Assembly: GCF_003945235.1 (NCBI RefSeq)
Contig: NZ_RSDW01000001.1
Location: 3,480,001 to 3,512,000 of the forward strand
Direction of reading: 5' to 3'
DNA from: Edaphobacter aggregans
GTDB taxonomy: Bacteria > Acidobacteriota > Terriglobia > Terriglobales > Acidobacteriaceae
Length of the DNA: 32,000 nt
The notes under the pieces are model-generated. The model made no database searches, was not told the DNA's origin, and was given only the letters and a program-made list of their open reading frames with translations. Of the stretch, positions 23,080 to 31,089 are shown piece after piece. Both the position numbers and the translations under genes were made by a program. Within the stretch, counting starts at the first letter, position 1; each line of letters starts with the position of its first letter.

Positions 23080-26000
23080 TCAGTGTAGCATCTCAAGGAT
23101 TTGCGTGGCGCCTGGATTCTGTGGCTGCATGCGTAGCAGGTCCTGCAACACGTCTCTCGCTTTTTCCTTTTCATTTCGCATTGCGTAGAGACGGGCAAGA
23201 TTGAGATAAGACTGATCGAAGTTTGGGGCAACGCGGATGCAAGTCTTGAATTGCTCTTCCGCTTTTGAGTAATCCTGCATCTGGACGAAAAGAATGCCCA
23301 GGTTGTTTAGAGCCTCGGGATAGTCTGGACGCAAGTCGATCGCCTTCTGCAAATAGTCTGACGCGCGCTGCATCTGATTTTTCTGGGCGAAGAGCATTCC
23401 TAGGCTGTAGTTGACCTCAGGATCGTCAGGCTGAATTTCGAGCGCGTGATCGAGGTATTCCTCTGCTTTCTCAAAGACCTTTTGCCGCCGATAGACGTTC
23501 CCCAGGTTCAAGAGCGCAATGACGTAGGTTGGCCTGAGGAATAATGACTGCTGAAAGTTTCTAACGGCTTCTTCCGGGTGGCCTTCTTGTGCCGCTATCA
23601 TGCCGAGATTATTCCAAGCCTCCGGATAATTCGGACGCAGCTTCACGGTCTGTTCAAGGTAGTGGCGCGCCTGCTGAAAGTTGTTTCTTCGGAGATTGAG
23701 AGTTCCAAGGTTGTAATAGCCTTCCGGGTCGTCGGGTTTGGCGGCGATGACCTGCTCAAACGATTCTGTTGCTTGGTCCAGGTAGCCATGTTGGAACAGC
23801 GCAACGCCATAGGTAAAGTCGTTGCGCCGAAACGCGTCCTGATAGAGCTCGCCTTTTAATGGCAGCGCCTTCTTCATCCTATCGGCTGCAGTAGTTGGAA
23901 TAGACTTTACATCTTCCAGCAGACGCTGTGGATTTATTGGGCCCTGATAGACCTTGACGATTATGCCCTCTCTGTCCAGCAGGAAGGATGTCGGAATTGC
24001 GAGATCCCTGCGACGATCGAACAAGTATCGATAGATGATGTTGTAGACACCAGCCACGTCTTCCGTTGCAAAAAGGACCGGAAAGGAAAGCCCTTCCCGC
24101 GCCACTAATGATCGTGCGGCTGAAGCATTGCTTGCATCATCCACGTTCACAGCTAAAATGTCCAGATGGCTCGTGGTGAACGTTGAGCGGTGCTGATGGA
24201 GAAGTCTCAGTTGGTCATGGCAGATTGGCGCGGTTGTCGCCCAGAAATTGAGAAGCACGAAGCTGCCCTGTGATTGCTTGAGTTCCCGTGTATTGCCTGC
24301 GAGGTCAGGCAGAGAGAATTCTGGCGCCTTTAAGGGATCAAGGAGCCAAGTGTTTATCTGGGAAGGCAATGGTTCCAAAGTTGGCGGTGGTCCTGGCTTT
24401 GCGTAGGCTAAGGGCGACTCCGCAAAGGGTTTAGCCTGGAACGAACTCACGCCTTCCTCAATTTCGATACGGTGGTTGATCGGTAAATGTTCGAACTGTT
24501 GCGAGAGCCCACTTGGCCAACGGACAGTAGCCCGGATGGTTCCTTCCGGCTTCCCAACTCCAAAGAACAATTCCTTCGAGTGTTGAGCGAGAAATCCAGA
24601 GCCCGCCTGCAAATACTTTGTCTGGCGAAACGTGCCGGTTTCGACTTTGATTGCCGCTCCGATTGCATCGCGATTGCTTTTATGCCCTCGTAAACGGAAC
24701 GAGATCGAGCCCCCGAGGTCCTTCATTACGTTGTGCAGTATCCGCAATTGAGGAGCGTTCCGGTTTTTGAGGATAACCTCCAAACGTCCGTCATGGTCGA
24801 GATCGGCGAGAGCAAAGGAGCGGCTGTCCTCAAGAAAATCCAATCCCAGCATGCCGGAAACCTCGGAAAACGTGCCGTCGCGGTTGTTCGCGAACATGAC
24901 ATTTCTCTCGTAGGCGTTCCAGGAACTGTCCGACCGAATCAGTTCATTGATGGCATTCCATCCATGTTCGTAAGCCAACGATGGGGTAGCATCTTCGGGA
25001 GATTTTGCAACTATTTGTCGCCAGAAGAAACTTGCCAGATCGTTCCGATCCAGCGCGGAGATGTATCCGTTGGTTACATAGAGGTCAGAGTAACCGTCGT
25101 GATCGAAGTCCCATAGATCGGCGGACCAGGACCAGCGGCCCATCGCAACTCCGGCCTGCTGCGCGATGTTTTTAAACTTGCCGTCTCCTTGATTTCGGTA
25201 CAGCGCATTGCCCCGCGCGTGCCGTTGATAGAGGGCGCGAATATCCTCTGGGGCAGTTGAGTGAAATCGCGCTTGTTCTGAGACTCTTTGGCCGGCGGCT
25301 GCCCACATGCTGGTGGTGTAAATGTCCTCATGTCCGTCGTTATCGAAATCAGACCAGCATGCGCTCATTCCAGCGCCGACGTCTTCGATGTGGGACTCGC
25401 TTGAAGCAACGCCGAAGGTTCCGTCGCCGTTGTTGCGATAAAGCTGAGATCTGCCGAAGTCATTCGCCACGCAGAGATCAGGCAGGCCGTTGGAGTTCGA
25501 GTCGCCCCATGCACAGGCGAAACTGTACCGGTCATTGTCTTTGTTCAATCCTACCTGTTCGGTTCTATCTACAAATGTTGCGTTTCCCTCGTTGTGTAGG
25601 AGGTAGTTTGGTGGACCATTCCGGGCGTCGAAGTAGGGAACAGGATAGTGATACTGGTCGAGCCCGAGGTAGTACATGTACGTGCAGAAATAGATATCGA
25701 GATGGCCGTCTCGATCGTAGTCTGCTACAGCCGCATGCGTGAATGTTCCTTGAGGAGGACGCGCAAATTTGAAGGCATCACGCTTGAGCGAGAAGGTCCC
25801 GTTCCCTTGATTCAGGAAAAGGAGAGGACCGCTGCCGCAGACAACAAGAAGGTCCTGGAGTCCTTTGTTCTCAAAATCCGCAAAGAGTGCGCACGCAGTG
25901 TTGTCGAGTACGCCGACCCCTGCCTTCTCCGTTACGTCTTCAAAGGTGCCATCGCCTCGGTTGCGGTAGAGGCGGTTTGGTAAGCCAGATGGCTGGCATA

Positions 26001-26913
26001 CATAGAAATCATCGAATCCGTCATTATCAAAGTCGCCTGTGGCCACACCATTGTTTCCATAGACGTCGATGCCGCATGCGCCATCGAGAACTGTACGCCA
26101 GTGATCGACGCCACGAAGCATCTGGCTTGCGTATGATTCCGCGCCTCCTAAAGCCTGGAATGTAACATCGATGAATGCAGGTTCGTGCAAGACGCTAAGA
26201 GTCTCTTCACTGGCCTCCCACTTTCTTACCTTCCAAGCTTGCGATTCATCGTGCGACCACTCCATTCGCCAGGATCCGACCCTTTCCGCACGCTGCTCAT
26301 CGTTTCGGTTGGTGACGATGTCATATCGGACTTCGAGTCGAACTGCTATTGGTGTGTCTGAGATCGTTTCGATACCGTAAATTTCAAATTCAGCAGTTTC
26401 TACTCGTGAGACGTCGCCCAGCCACCCATGAATCTCTTTGAGAAATCGCTCTCGTCCCGGAACCACGTCAGCGCCAAATTGTCTCCTCACGATGTCGATT
26501 CCGTAACCGGAACGCAGTGAGGAGACCTTGGCGGGAATCAGCGATGAGGCCTCAATCGAGGAGGACAGCAACTCCCTCAGGGTAGAAAGATCGCGAGCCG
26601 ATGTCTTGAGGGTTTGGCTCCATTGTTTGAGGAGCGAATCGATTTCAAAGGCATACTTCTCGGTCACGTAGTCGTCCGAACCCGGAGTGACAAGGCGAAG
26701 AATATCTGCCAAGGGAGATTTGGACGGATAGTGAGGAGTCAGGCGGACATCGCTAAAAGTAAAGGCGGGATCTGGAGTCGGGAGGACCTTGGGTGAGCTG
26801 AAGAGAAGCGAAACCCCATAGAAAGGCGCCGGGCGGAGGAGCAGGGGTGTCAACCCCATGCTTTTGAGCAGCGCTCGTCGGGAAAGGGGCTTTTCATTTT
26901 CGTGAAGCGACAT
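23080..26913 (-). CDS. 1277-aa multidomain protein: Tat-like signal, unknown ~280-aa N-domain, FG-GAP/VCBS repeats + ASPIC/UnbV, TlpA/redoxin-like domain, C-terminal TPR repeats
   Basis: MSLHENEKPLSRRALLKSMG. Several GDFDNDGFDDFYV / DYDRDGHLDIYF / DFDNDGHEDIY repeats. SNRDAIGAAIKV...GSGFLAQHSKELFFGVG is UnbV_ASPIC-like. PEFSLPDLAGNTREL...FVLLNFWATTAPICHDQL...LSFPVLF...PTSFLLDREGIIV is a thioredoxin-fold redoxin domain. It is followed by ~6 TPRs (AWNNLGMIAAQEGHPEEAVRNFQQSL...). Confidence 0.85.
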   Translation of the reverse strand: MSLHENEKPLSRRALLKSMGLTPLLLRPAPFYGVSLLFSSPKVLPTPDPAFTFSDVRLTPHYPSKSPLADILRLVTPGSDDYVTEKYAFEIDSLLKQWSQTLKTSARDLSTLRELLSSSIEASSLIPAKVSSLRSGYGIDIVRRQFGADVVPGRERFLKEIHGWLGDVSRVETAEFEIYGIETISDTPIAVRLEVRYDIVTNRNDEQRAERVGSWRMEWSHDESQAWKVRKWEASEETLSVLHEPAFIDVTFQALGGAESYASQMLRGVDHWRTVLDGACGIDVYGNNGVATGDFDNDGFDDFYVCQPSGLPNRLYRNRGDGTFEDVTEKAGVGVLDNTACALFADFENKGLQDLLVVCGSGPLLFLNQGNGTFSLKRDAFKFARPPQGTFTHAAVADYDRDGHLDIYFCTYMYYLGLDQYHYPVPYFDARNGPPNYLLHNEGNATFVDRTEQVGLNKDNDRYSFACAWGDSNSNGLPDLCVANDFGRSQLYRNNGDGTFGVASSESHIEDVGAGMSACWSDFDNDGHEDIYTTSMWAAAGQRVSEQARFHSTAPEDIRALYQRHARGNALYRNQGDGKFKNIAQQAGVAMGRWSWSADLWDFDHDGYSDLYVTNGYISALDRNDLASFFWRQIVAKSPEDATPSLAYEHGWNAINELIRSDSSWNAYERNVMFANNRDGTFSEVSGMLGLDFLEDSRSFALADLDHDGRLEVILKNRNAPQLRILHNVMKDLGGSISFRLRGHKSNRDAIGAAIKVETGTFRQTKYLQAGSGFLAQHSKELFFGVGKPEGTIRATVRWPSGLSQQFEHLPINHRIEIEEGVSSFQAKPFAESPLAYAKPGPPPTLEPLPSQINTWLLDPLKAPEFSLPDLAGNTRELKQSQGSFVLLNFWATTAPICHDQLRLLHQHRSTFTTSHLDILAVNVDDASNASAARSLVAREGLSFPVLFATEDVAGVYNIIYRYLFDRRRDLAIPTSFLLDREGIIVKVYQGPINPQRLLEDVKSIPTTAADRMKKALPLKGELYQDAFRRNDFTYGVALFQHGYLDQATESFEQVIAAKPDDPEGYYNLGTLNLRRNNFQQARHYLEQTVKLRPNYPEAWNNLGMIAAQEGHPEEAVRNFQQSLFLRPTYVIALLNLGNVYRRQKVFEKAEEYLDHALEIQPDDPEVNYSLGMLFAQKNQMQRASDYLQKAIDLRPDYPEALNNLGILFVQMQDYSKAEEQFKTCIRVAPNFDQSYLNLARLYAMRNEKEKARDVLQDLLRMQPQNPGATQILEMLH

Positions 26914-27059
26914 GATTATCAGAGGACCCGTGAAACCGACAAAGGTGTCCGAAGGATAGCACCATGGCCAAAGCAGCCCAAATTAGGTCAGTCCCGCCCG
27001 ACTTTTTCGAAGAGGCTTTTGGCTAGGTCCAATGAAGAATGCCGATCTCAAACTTTTGG

Positions 27060-27089
27060 TTGACACATGTTCTGCGGTTGCACTAGTAT
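27060..27089 (+). promoter_or_regulatory. Candidate sigma70-type promoter of the TonB-dependent receptor gene (TTGACA-18 nt-TAGTAT)
   Basis: Perfect -35 hexamer TTGACA at 27060-27065, an 18-nt spacer, TAGTAT at 27084-27089. It lies ~120 nt upstream of ATG 27211. Pattern match only. Confidence 0.4.
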
Positions 27090-27102
27090 TTGCCTCGCCT
27101 AA

Positions 27103-27120
27103 GTTGTAACCGGTTACAAC
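27103..27120. promoter_or_regulatory. Perfect 18-bp palindrome GTTGTAACCGGTTACAAC; LacI/GalR-type operator candidate
   Basis: The reverse complement, checked by hand, equals the forward sequence. The core TGTAAC-CG-GTTACA fits the TGnAAnCGnTTnCA operator shape. It sits 14 nt downstream of the candidate -10 element. Confidence 0.5.
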
Positions 27121-27210
27121 ATGCAGTAAGCGTTTCCGGGTTCTCCTCTCGGCAAAGACCCATGGGATAAGAAAACAGAAGAACGTAGGAAAAATTGGAG
27201 GGTATTTCGG

Positions 27211-30200
27211 ATGGCTCTTGATCGCAATCGCGGCACTCGGCTTAGGAAATTTGCCTGCATTGTTCTCGCATGCTTGTGTTTTTTCCTGGTATCAACTTTG
27301 CACGTATTCGGCCAGGTAGATGAAGGATCTATTACGGGAACTGTCCAAGATACAAGCGGTGCGGTTGTCCCCAATGCACAAGTGTCTCTCTTAAATACCG
27401 ACCAAGGTATAACTTTGGATGTCACAACAAACAGCGGCGGCGACTTTACCTTTTCGCCGGTCAGGATCGGGCACTACTCTCTGTCCGTTACTGCTAAAGG
27501 TTTTGCCAAGACGACCCAGCAGAATCTGACGGTAAACGTCGGCAGCCACCTGCAGGTCAATGTTCAACTTAAGCTGGGTTCTTCGACTGAAACCGTTGAG
27601 GTGAGTGCTGCCCCGCCACAACTGCAGACCGAGGAAGCATCGGTCGGCCAGGTGATGACCGAAAAGAGCGTGAATTCGCTGCCGCTCAATGGGCGCAACT
27701 TTACCTTCCTTGCCCAGCTTGGTGCAGGTACGCAGACACCCCAGGCCGACACGCGAGGCAATGCTGCCTCCGGAGCTTTTTCCGCAAATGGCCTGCGGCC
27801 AGCGCAAAATAACTACTTGCTCGATGGCATTGACAACAATTCCAACGCCGTTGACTTCCTGAACGGAACAAACTTCATCGTGCTCCCTCCGGTGGACGCA
27901 GTTTCGGAGTTCAAGGTTCAAACCGCCAATTTCAGTGCCGAACTCGGCCGTTCCGCGGGCGCCGTTCTCAACGCTACGATCAAGTCCGGAACCAATAGCA
28001 TCCATGGTGCGGCCTGGGAATTTTTCCGCAACGATGTTCTCGATGCCGCCGATTGGTTTGAGAACAACGGTGGAGTCAAAAAGGGAAAGTTACGGCTGAA
28101 TCAATTCGGGGTCGCGGTAGGCGGCCCGATCATTAAAGACAAGATATTCTTCTTCGGCGATTATGAAGGTCTGCGTCGCGTGCAGGGTACGGTTCAAACC
28201 GGTTCCGTGCCGACCGCAGGAGAAGTCAGCAGTGGTTTCACCAATCTCTCCGACTTGGTCACTGGGAATGCCCAGACCGATAACCTGGGCCGAAGCATAG
28301 CGCTCGGTGCTGTCCTGGATCCCGCGACAACGCGGTTAGTTACAGCGGGCACGGTTGATCCTGTGTCAGGCCTCAGTGCGTCGAGTACCGGCTATGTTCG
28401 AGATCCGTTCGGTTGCTCAGCGTCCACTGTGAACGTTACGATCGCCAACTGCCCCAACCTGAATCATATTCCCGCGAGCCGGTTGGATCCAGTTGCCCTC
28501 AAGCTGATGGGCCTCTACCCGGCGGCGCAGAGGGGAGGGTTAACTTCGAACTACACGGTGAGCCCAAGCCTGTTTGAGCATAGAAACGCATTTGATGTTC
28601 GGGCCGACGTTAATCCTACCCAAAAGGACCAGGTATTCTTTCGTTTCAGCTATGTGGACGACCCCCAATTTATTCCGGGCATCTTCGGAGGCGTAGCAGA
28701 CGGCGGCGGATTTCAGCAGGGCGATCAGTCTGCAACATCGAGTCAGTCTGTTTTGGGGTATACCCATGTGTTCACGCCAGCGATGATCAACGTGCTGCAC
28801 GTAGGATTTAACCACCTTCATACCACGCGCTTTGGGCCGGTAGGCGGTACGAGCGGTATTCCGGCACAGTTCGGAATTCAAGGCATCCCACAGGTTCCTG
28901 AAAATGGCGGTCTTCCCTCACTCGCTATTGGTGGATTGCAGACCCTGGGCAGCAACGCCTTCCTACCCTCTGACGAAATCAGCCAAACTCTCCAAATCAC
29001 CGACGACTTTACGAAGGTTTGGAAGACGCACAGCTTCAAGGCGGGCATTGAATCCCAACAAGTAAAATTTTCGACACTGCAGCCAGCGTATTCACGCGGT
29101 AATTTCGACTATGACGGTCGATACACTGATGTACCTACCAAAAACAATGGAGGCACAGGACGCGCGCAATTTCTGCTAACTCCTCAAGCAGCGACCGTTG
29201 CAAATGGAGTCAACTACTCGGGAGGTGCCGACGGAGTCAATGCATCCAACATCAATAAAACCTACAATTACAGGACCTACTTGGCGTTCTACTTCCAGGA
29301 CGACTGGAAGGTAACTCCGAAATTGACGCTTAATCTCGGTCTGCGATACGACTACTTTAGTCCGATTCGGGAGACCAATGGCGGTCAGGCTAACTTCGTT
29401 CAAAGCGGTCCTCCAAACGGGACCCCGACGTATCTCATTCCCGCGAGCGGTAAGGATGACAGAAGCTTGTCTACCAGCTTTACCACCTTGTTGGCGAGAG
29501 ATGGGATTGCGCTCCAGCTGACCGATAAATTCGGACAAGGGCTGACGCAAGTGCAAAAGACTAATTTCGCACCACGCATAGGACTCGCTTACCAAGTCAA
29601 TCCGAAAACGGTCGTACGCGGCGCATTTGGTTACTTCTACAATTCATTTGAGAACCAGGGATATGGACCGAATATTGGCGAAAATTATCCCTTTGTGTAC
29701 AACTTCTCGTATTCGTCTCAAGTACCCGCCGGCAGTCCTACCGGATTGCAGGCGGTCTCGCCAATCAGCTACAACTCTCCGTGGGCTGGCTGTCCGACGG
29801 CAGGCCCGGGTGGAACCGCAACCACTGGTGCCGGTCTCTCGTGCATTGCATTTACGCCTACCGCTGTAAATGCACAGGGTCTGGGCCTGCAGGGGCTTCA
29901 GTTCAACTACATAACCCCCCGTACGCTCGCCGTGAACACATCAGTCCAATACTCGATAACACGGGCTTTGTCGGCACAGGTCGCGTATGTGTTTACTCAG
30001 GGCAAGAATCTTCAGCAGGGTGTTGGCAACAACAATGTGACTGCAATCTTGCCGTCTGGTACAAGCACAACCAATCTAGCGAGTCCAGGCGCTGGAGGGA
30101 CGATTCCATTCCCCGATTTCGCGTCGAATGGTAGTTTCCAGGCCACGGTAGGAGCCAGTAATTACAATGGATTGCAGACCAAGCTGGAACAGCAATTTTC

Positions 30201-30987
30201 GAACGGCTTGAATCTCCTTTTCGCCTACACTTATTCCAAGACGCTCTCGGATGCAGGCGACTTGTTGAATGGTGGTAGCTTGGCTGGGCTCCGCGCGCCT
30301 GCTGTACCGGGTCTTGGTCCCTCATTTGATTGGGGGCCAGCCAATTTCGATATCCGTCACGTATTTCACTTGAGTGGCGGGTATGAACTGCCAGTTGGCC
30401 GGAATAAGCGCTTCATGGCGAACTCCGGTAGAGCAGCTGACGCTGTACTTGGGGGATGGTCTGTAAACTGGATTTTGGTACTTCAAGGTGGCCAGCCCAT
30501 AACCCTCAGTTGCCCGACTTCCACGACAGCGGGAACAAACTGCTACGATGTGAGGGTTGCGGGACAAAGTCAGAAACTTGGGCGGTTCATGAAGAACGGG
30601 AAGCCATTTTGGTATGGGAACCCCGCTGCCTTCCAGCAACCCTGTCCGCTGGGGGTCACACCCACCGCAGGCTGCATCCCATACACTGGCAGTGCCGTTC
30701 TGGGTTTTCGCCCGGGGACGACCACAGGACCAGGATTTAATCGGTTTGATTTCTCGGCGTTCAAGGCTTTTCGCCTGAGCGATCGGTTCTCCCTGCAGTT
30801 CCGGTCCGAGTTCTTCAACATACTCAACCATCCGAATTTCAATGCTCCTAATTTCGGCGGAAACGGTGTCGTCGCAATTAGCAACTCTGGCAACTTCACC
30901 AGCGCCAACTTTGGGCAAATTGGATCGACTCGCGATGCTCCCTACGATCCGCGGCAGATTCAATTTGCTTTGAAGCTGCTTTTCTAA
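27211..30987 (+). CDS. TonB-dependent outer-membrane receptor with N-terminal carboxypeptidase-regulatory-like domain
   Basis: Signal peptide (FACIVLACLCFFLVSTLHVFGQ). GSITGTVQDTSGAVVPNAQVSLLN...GDFTFSPVRIGHYSLSVTAKGF is CarboxypepD_reg-like. Plug-like region VGQVMTEKSVNSLPLNGRNFTFLAQLGAG, followed by a long beta-barrel region. C-terminal ...RQIQFALKLLF ends in Phe. GGAGGG SD lies 9 nt before the ATG. Confidence 0.9.
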   Translation: MALDRNRGTRLRKFACIVLACLCFFLVSTLHVFGQVDEGSITGTVQDTSGAVVPNAQVSLLNTDQGITLDVTTNSGGDFTFSPVRIGHYSLSVTAKGFAKTTQQNLTVNVGSHLQVNVQLKLGSSTETVEVSAAPPQLQTEEASVGQVMTEKSVNSLPLNGRNFTFLAQLGAGTQTPQADTRGNAASGAFSANGLRPAQNNYLLDGIDNNSNAVDFLNGTNFIVLPPVDAVSEFKVQTANFSAELGRSAGAVLNATIKSGTNSIHGAAWEFFRNDVLDAADWFENNGGVKKGKLRLNQFGVAVGGPIIKDKIFFFGDYEGLRRVQGTVQTGSVPTAGEVSSGFTNLSDLVTGNAQTDNLGRSIALGAVLDPATTRLVTAGTVDPVSGLSASSTGYVRDPFGCSASTVNVTIANCPNLNHIPASRLDPVALKLMGLYPAAQRGGLTSNYTVSPSLFEHRNAFDVRADVNPTQKDQVFFRFSYVDDPQFIPGIFGGVADGGGFQQGDQSATSSQSVLGYTHVFTPAMINVLHVGFNHLHTTRFGPVGGTSGIPAQFGIQGIPQVPENGGLPSLAIGGLQTLGSNAFLPSDEISQTLQITDDFTKVWKTHSFKAGIESQQVKFSTLQPAYSRGNFDYDGRYTDVPTKNNGGTGRAQFLLTPQAATVANGVNYSGGADGVNASNINKTYNYRTYLAFYFQDDWKVTPKLTLNLGLRYDYFSPIRETNGGQANFVQSGPPNGTPTYLIPASGKDDRSLSTSFTTLLARDGIALQLTDKFGQGLTQVQKTNFAPRIGLAYQVNPKTVVRGAFGYFYNSFENQGYGPNIGENYPFVYNFSYSSQVPAGSPTGLQAVSPISYNSPWAGCPTAGPGGTATTGAGLSCIAFTPTAVNAQGLGLQGLQFNYITPRTLAVNTSVQYSITRALSAQVAYVFTQGKNLQQGVGNNNVTAILPSGTSTTNLASPGAGGTIPFPDFASNGSFQATVGASNYNGLQTKLEQQFSNGLNLLFAYTYSKTLSDAGDLLNGGSLAGLRAPAVPGLGPSFDWGPANFDIRHVFHLSGGYELPVGRNKRFMANSGRAADAVLGGWSVNWILVLQGGQPITLSCPTSTTAGTNCYDVRVAGQSQKLGRFMKNGKPFWYGNPAAFQQPCPLGVTPTAGCIPYTGSAVLGFRPGTTTGPGFNRFDFSAFKAFRLSDRFSLQFRSEFFNILNHPNFNAPNFGGNGVVAISNSGNFTSANFGQIGSTRDAPYDPRQIQFALKLLF

Positions 30988-31002
30988 GCTAAGATAAAAA
31001 CG

Positions 31003-31049
31003 CCCCGGAAAGGTACGCCTACTGGGCGCCTTTCCGGGGTTTTTCTTTT
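31003..31049 (+). terminator. Strong rho-independent terminator after the receptor gene
   Basis: ccccggaaagg (31003-31013) pairs with cctttccgggg (31029-31039), with inner cgcc/ggcg pairs, followed by tttttctttt. An A-run (30996-31000) upstream could make it bidirectional. Confidence 0.85.
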
Positions 31050-31089
31050 GCGAAGCGCTTTGCTTTCGCGGCGATCATGGAGGTAGACG

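Noticed and set aside
20517-23231. Full 904-aa ORF-track version of the TPR protein, and similar N-terminal extensions at 1340, 5496, 9499, 15252 and 17133.
   Set aside because: The extensions start at non-ATG codons or overlap the preceding gene by 100 nt or more with non-homologous, low-complexity sequence. Internal ATGs placed just after the upstream stop, or at the onset of homology, were preferred.
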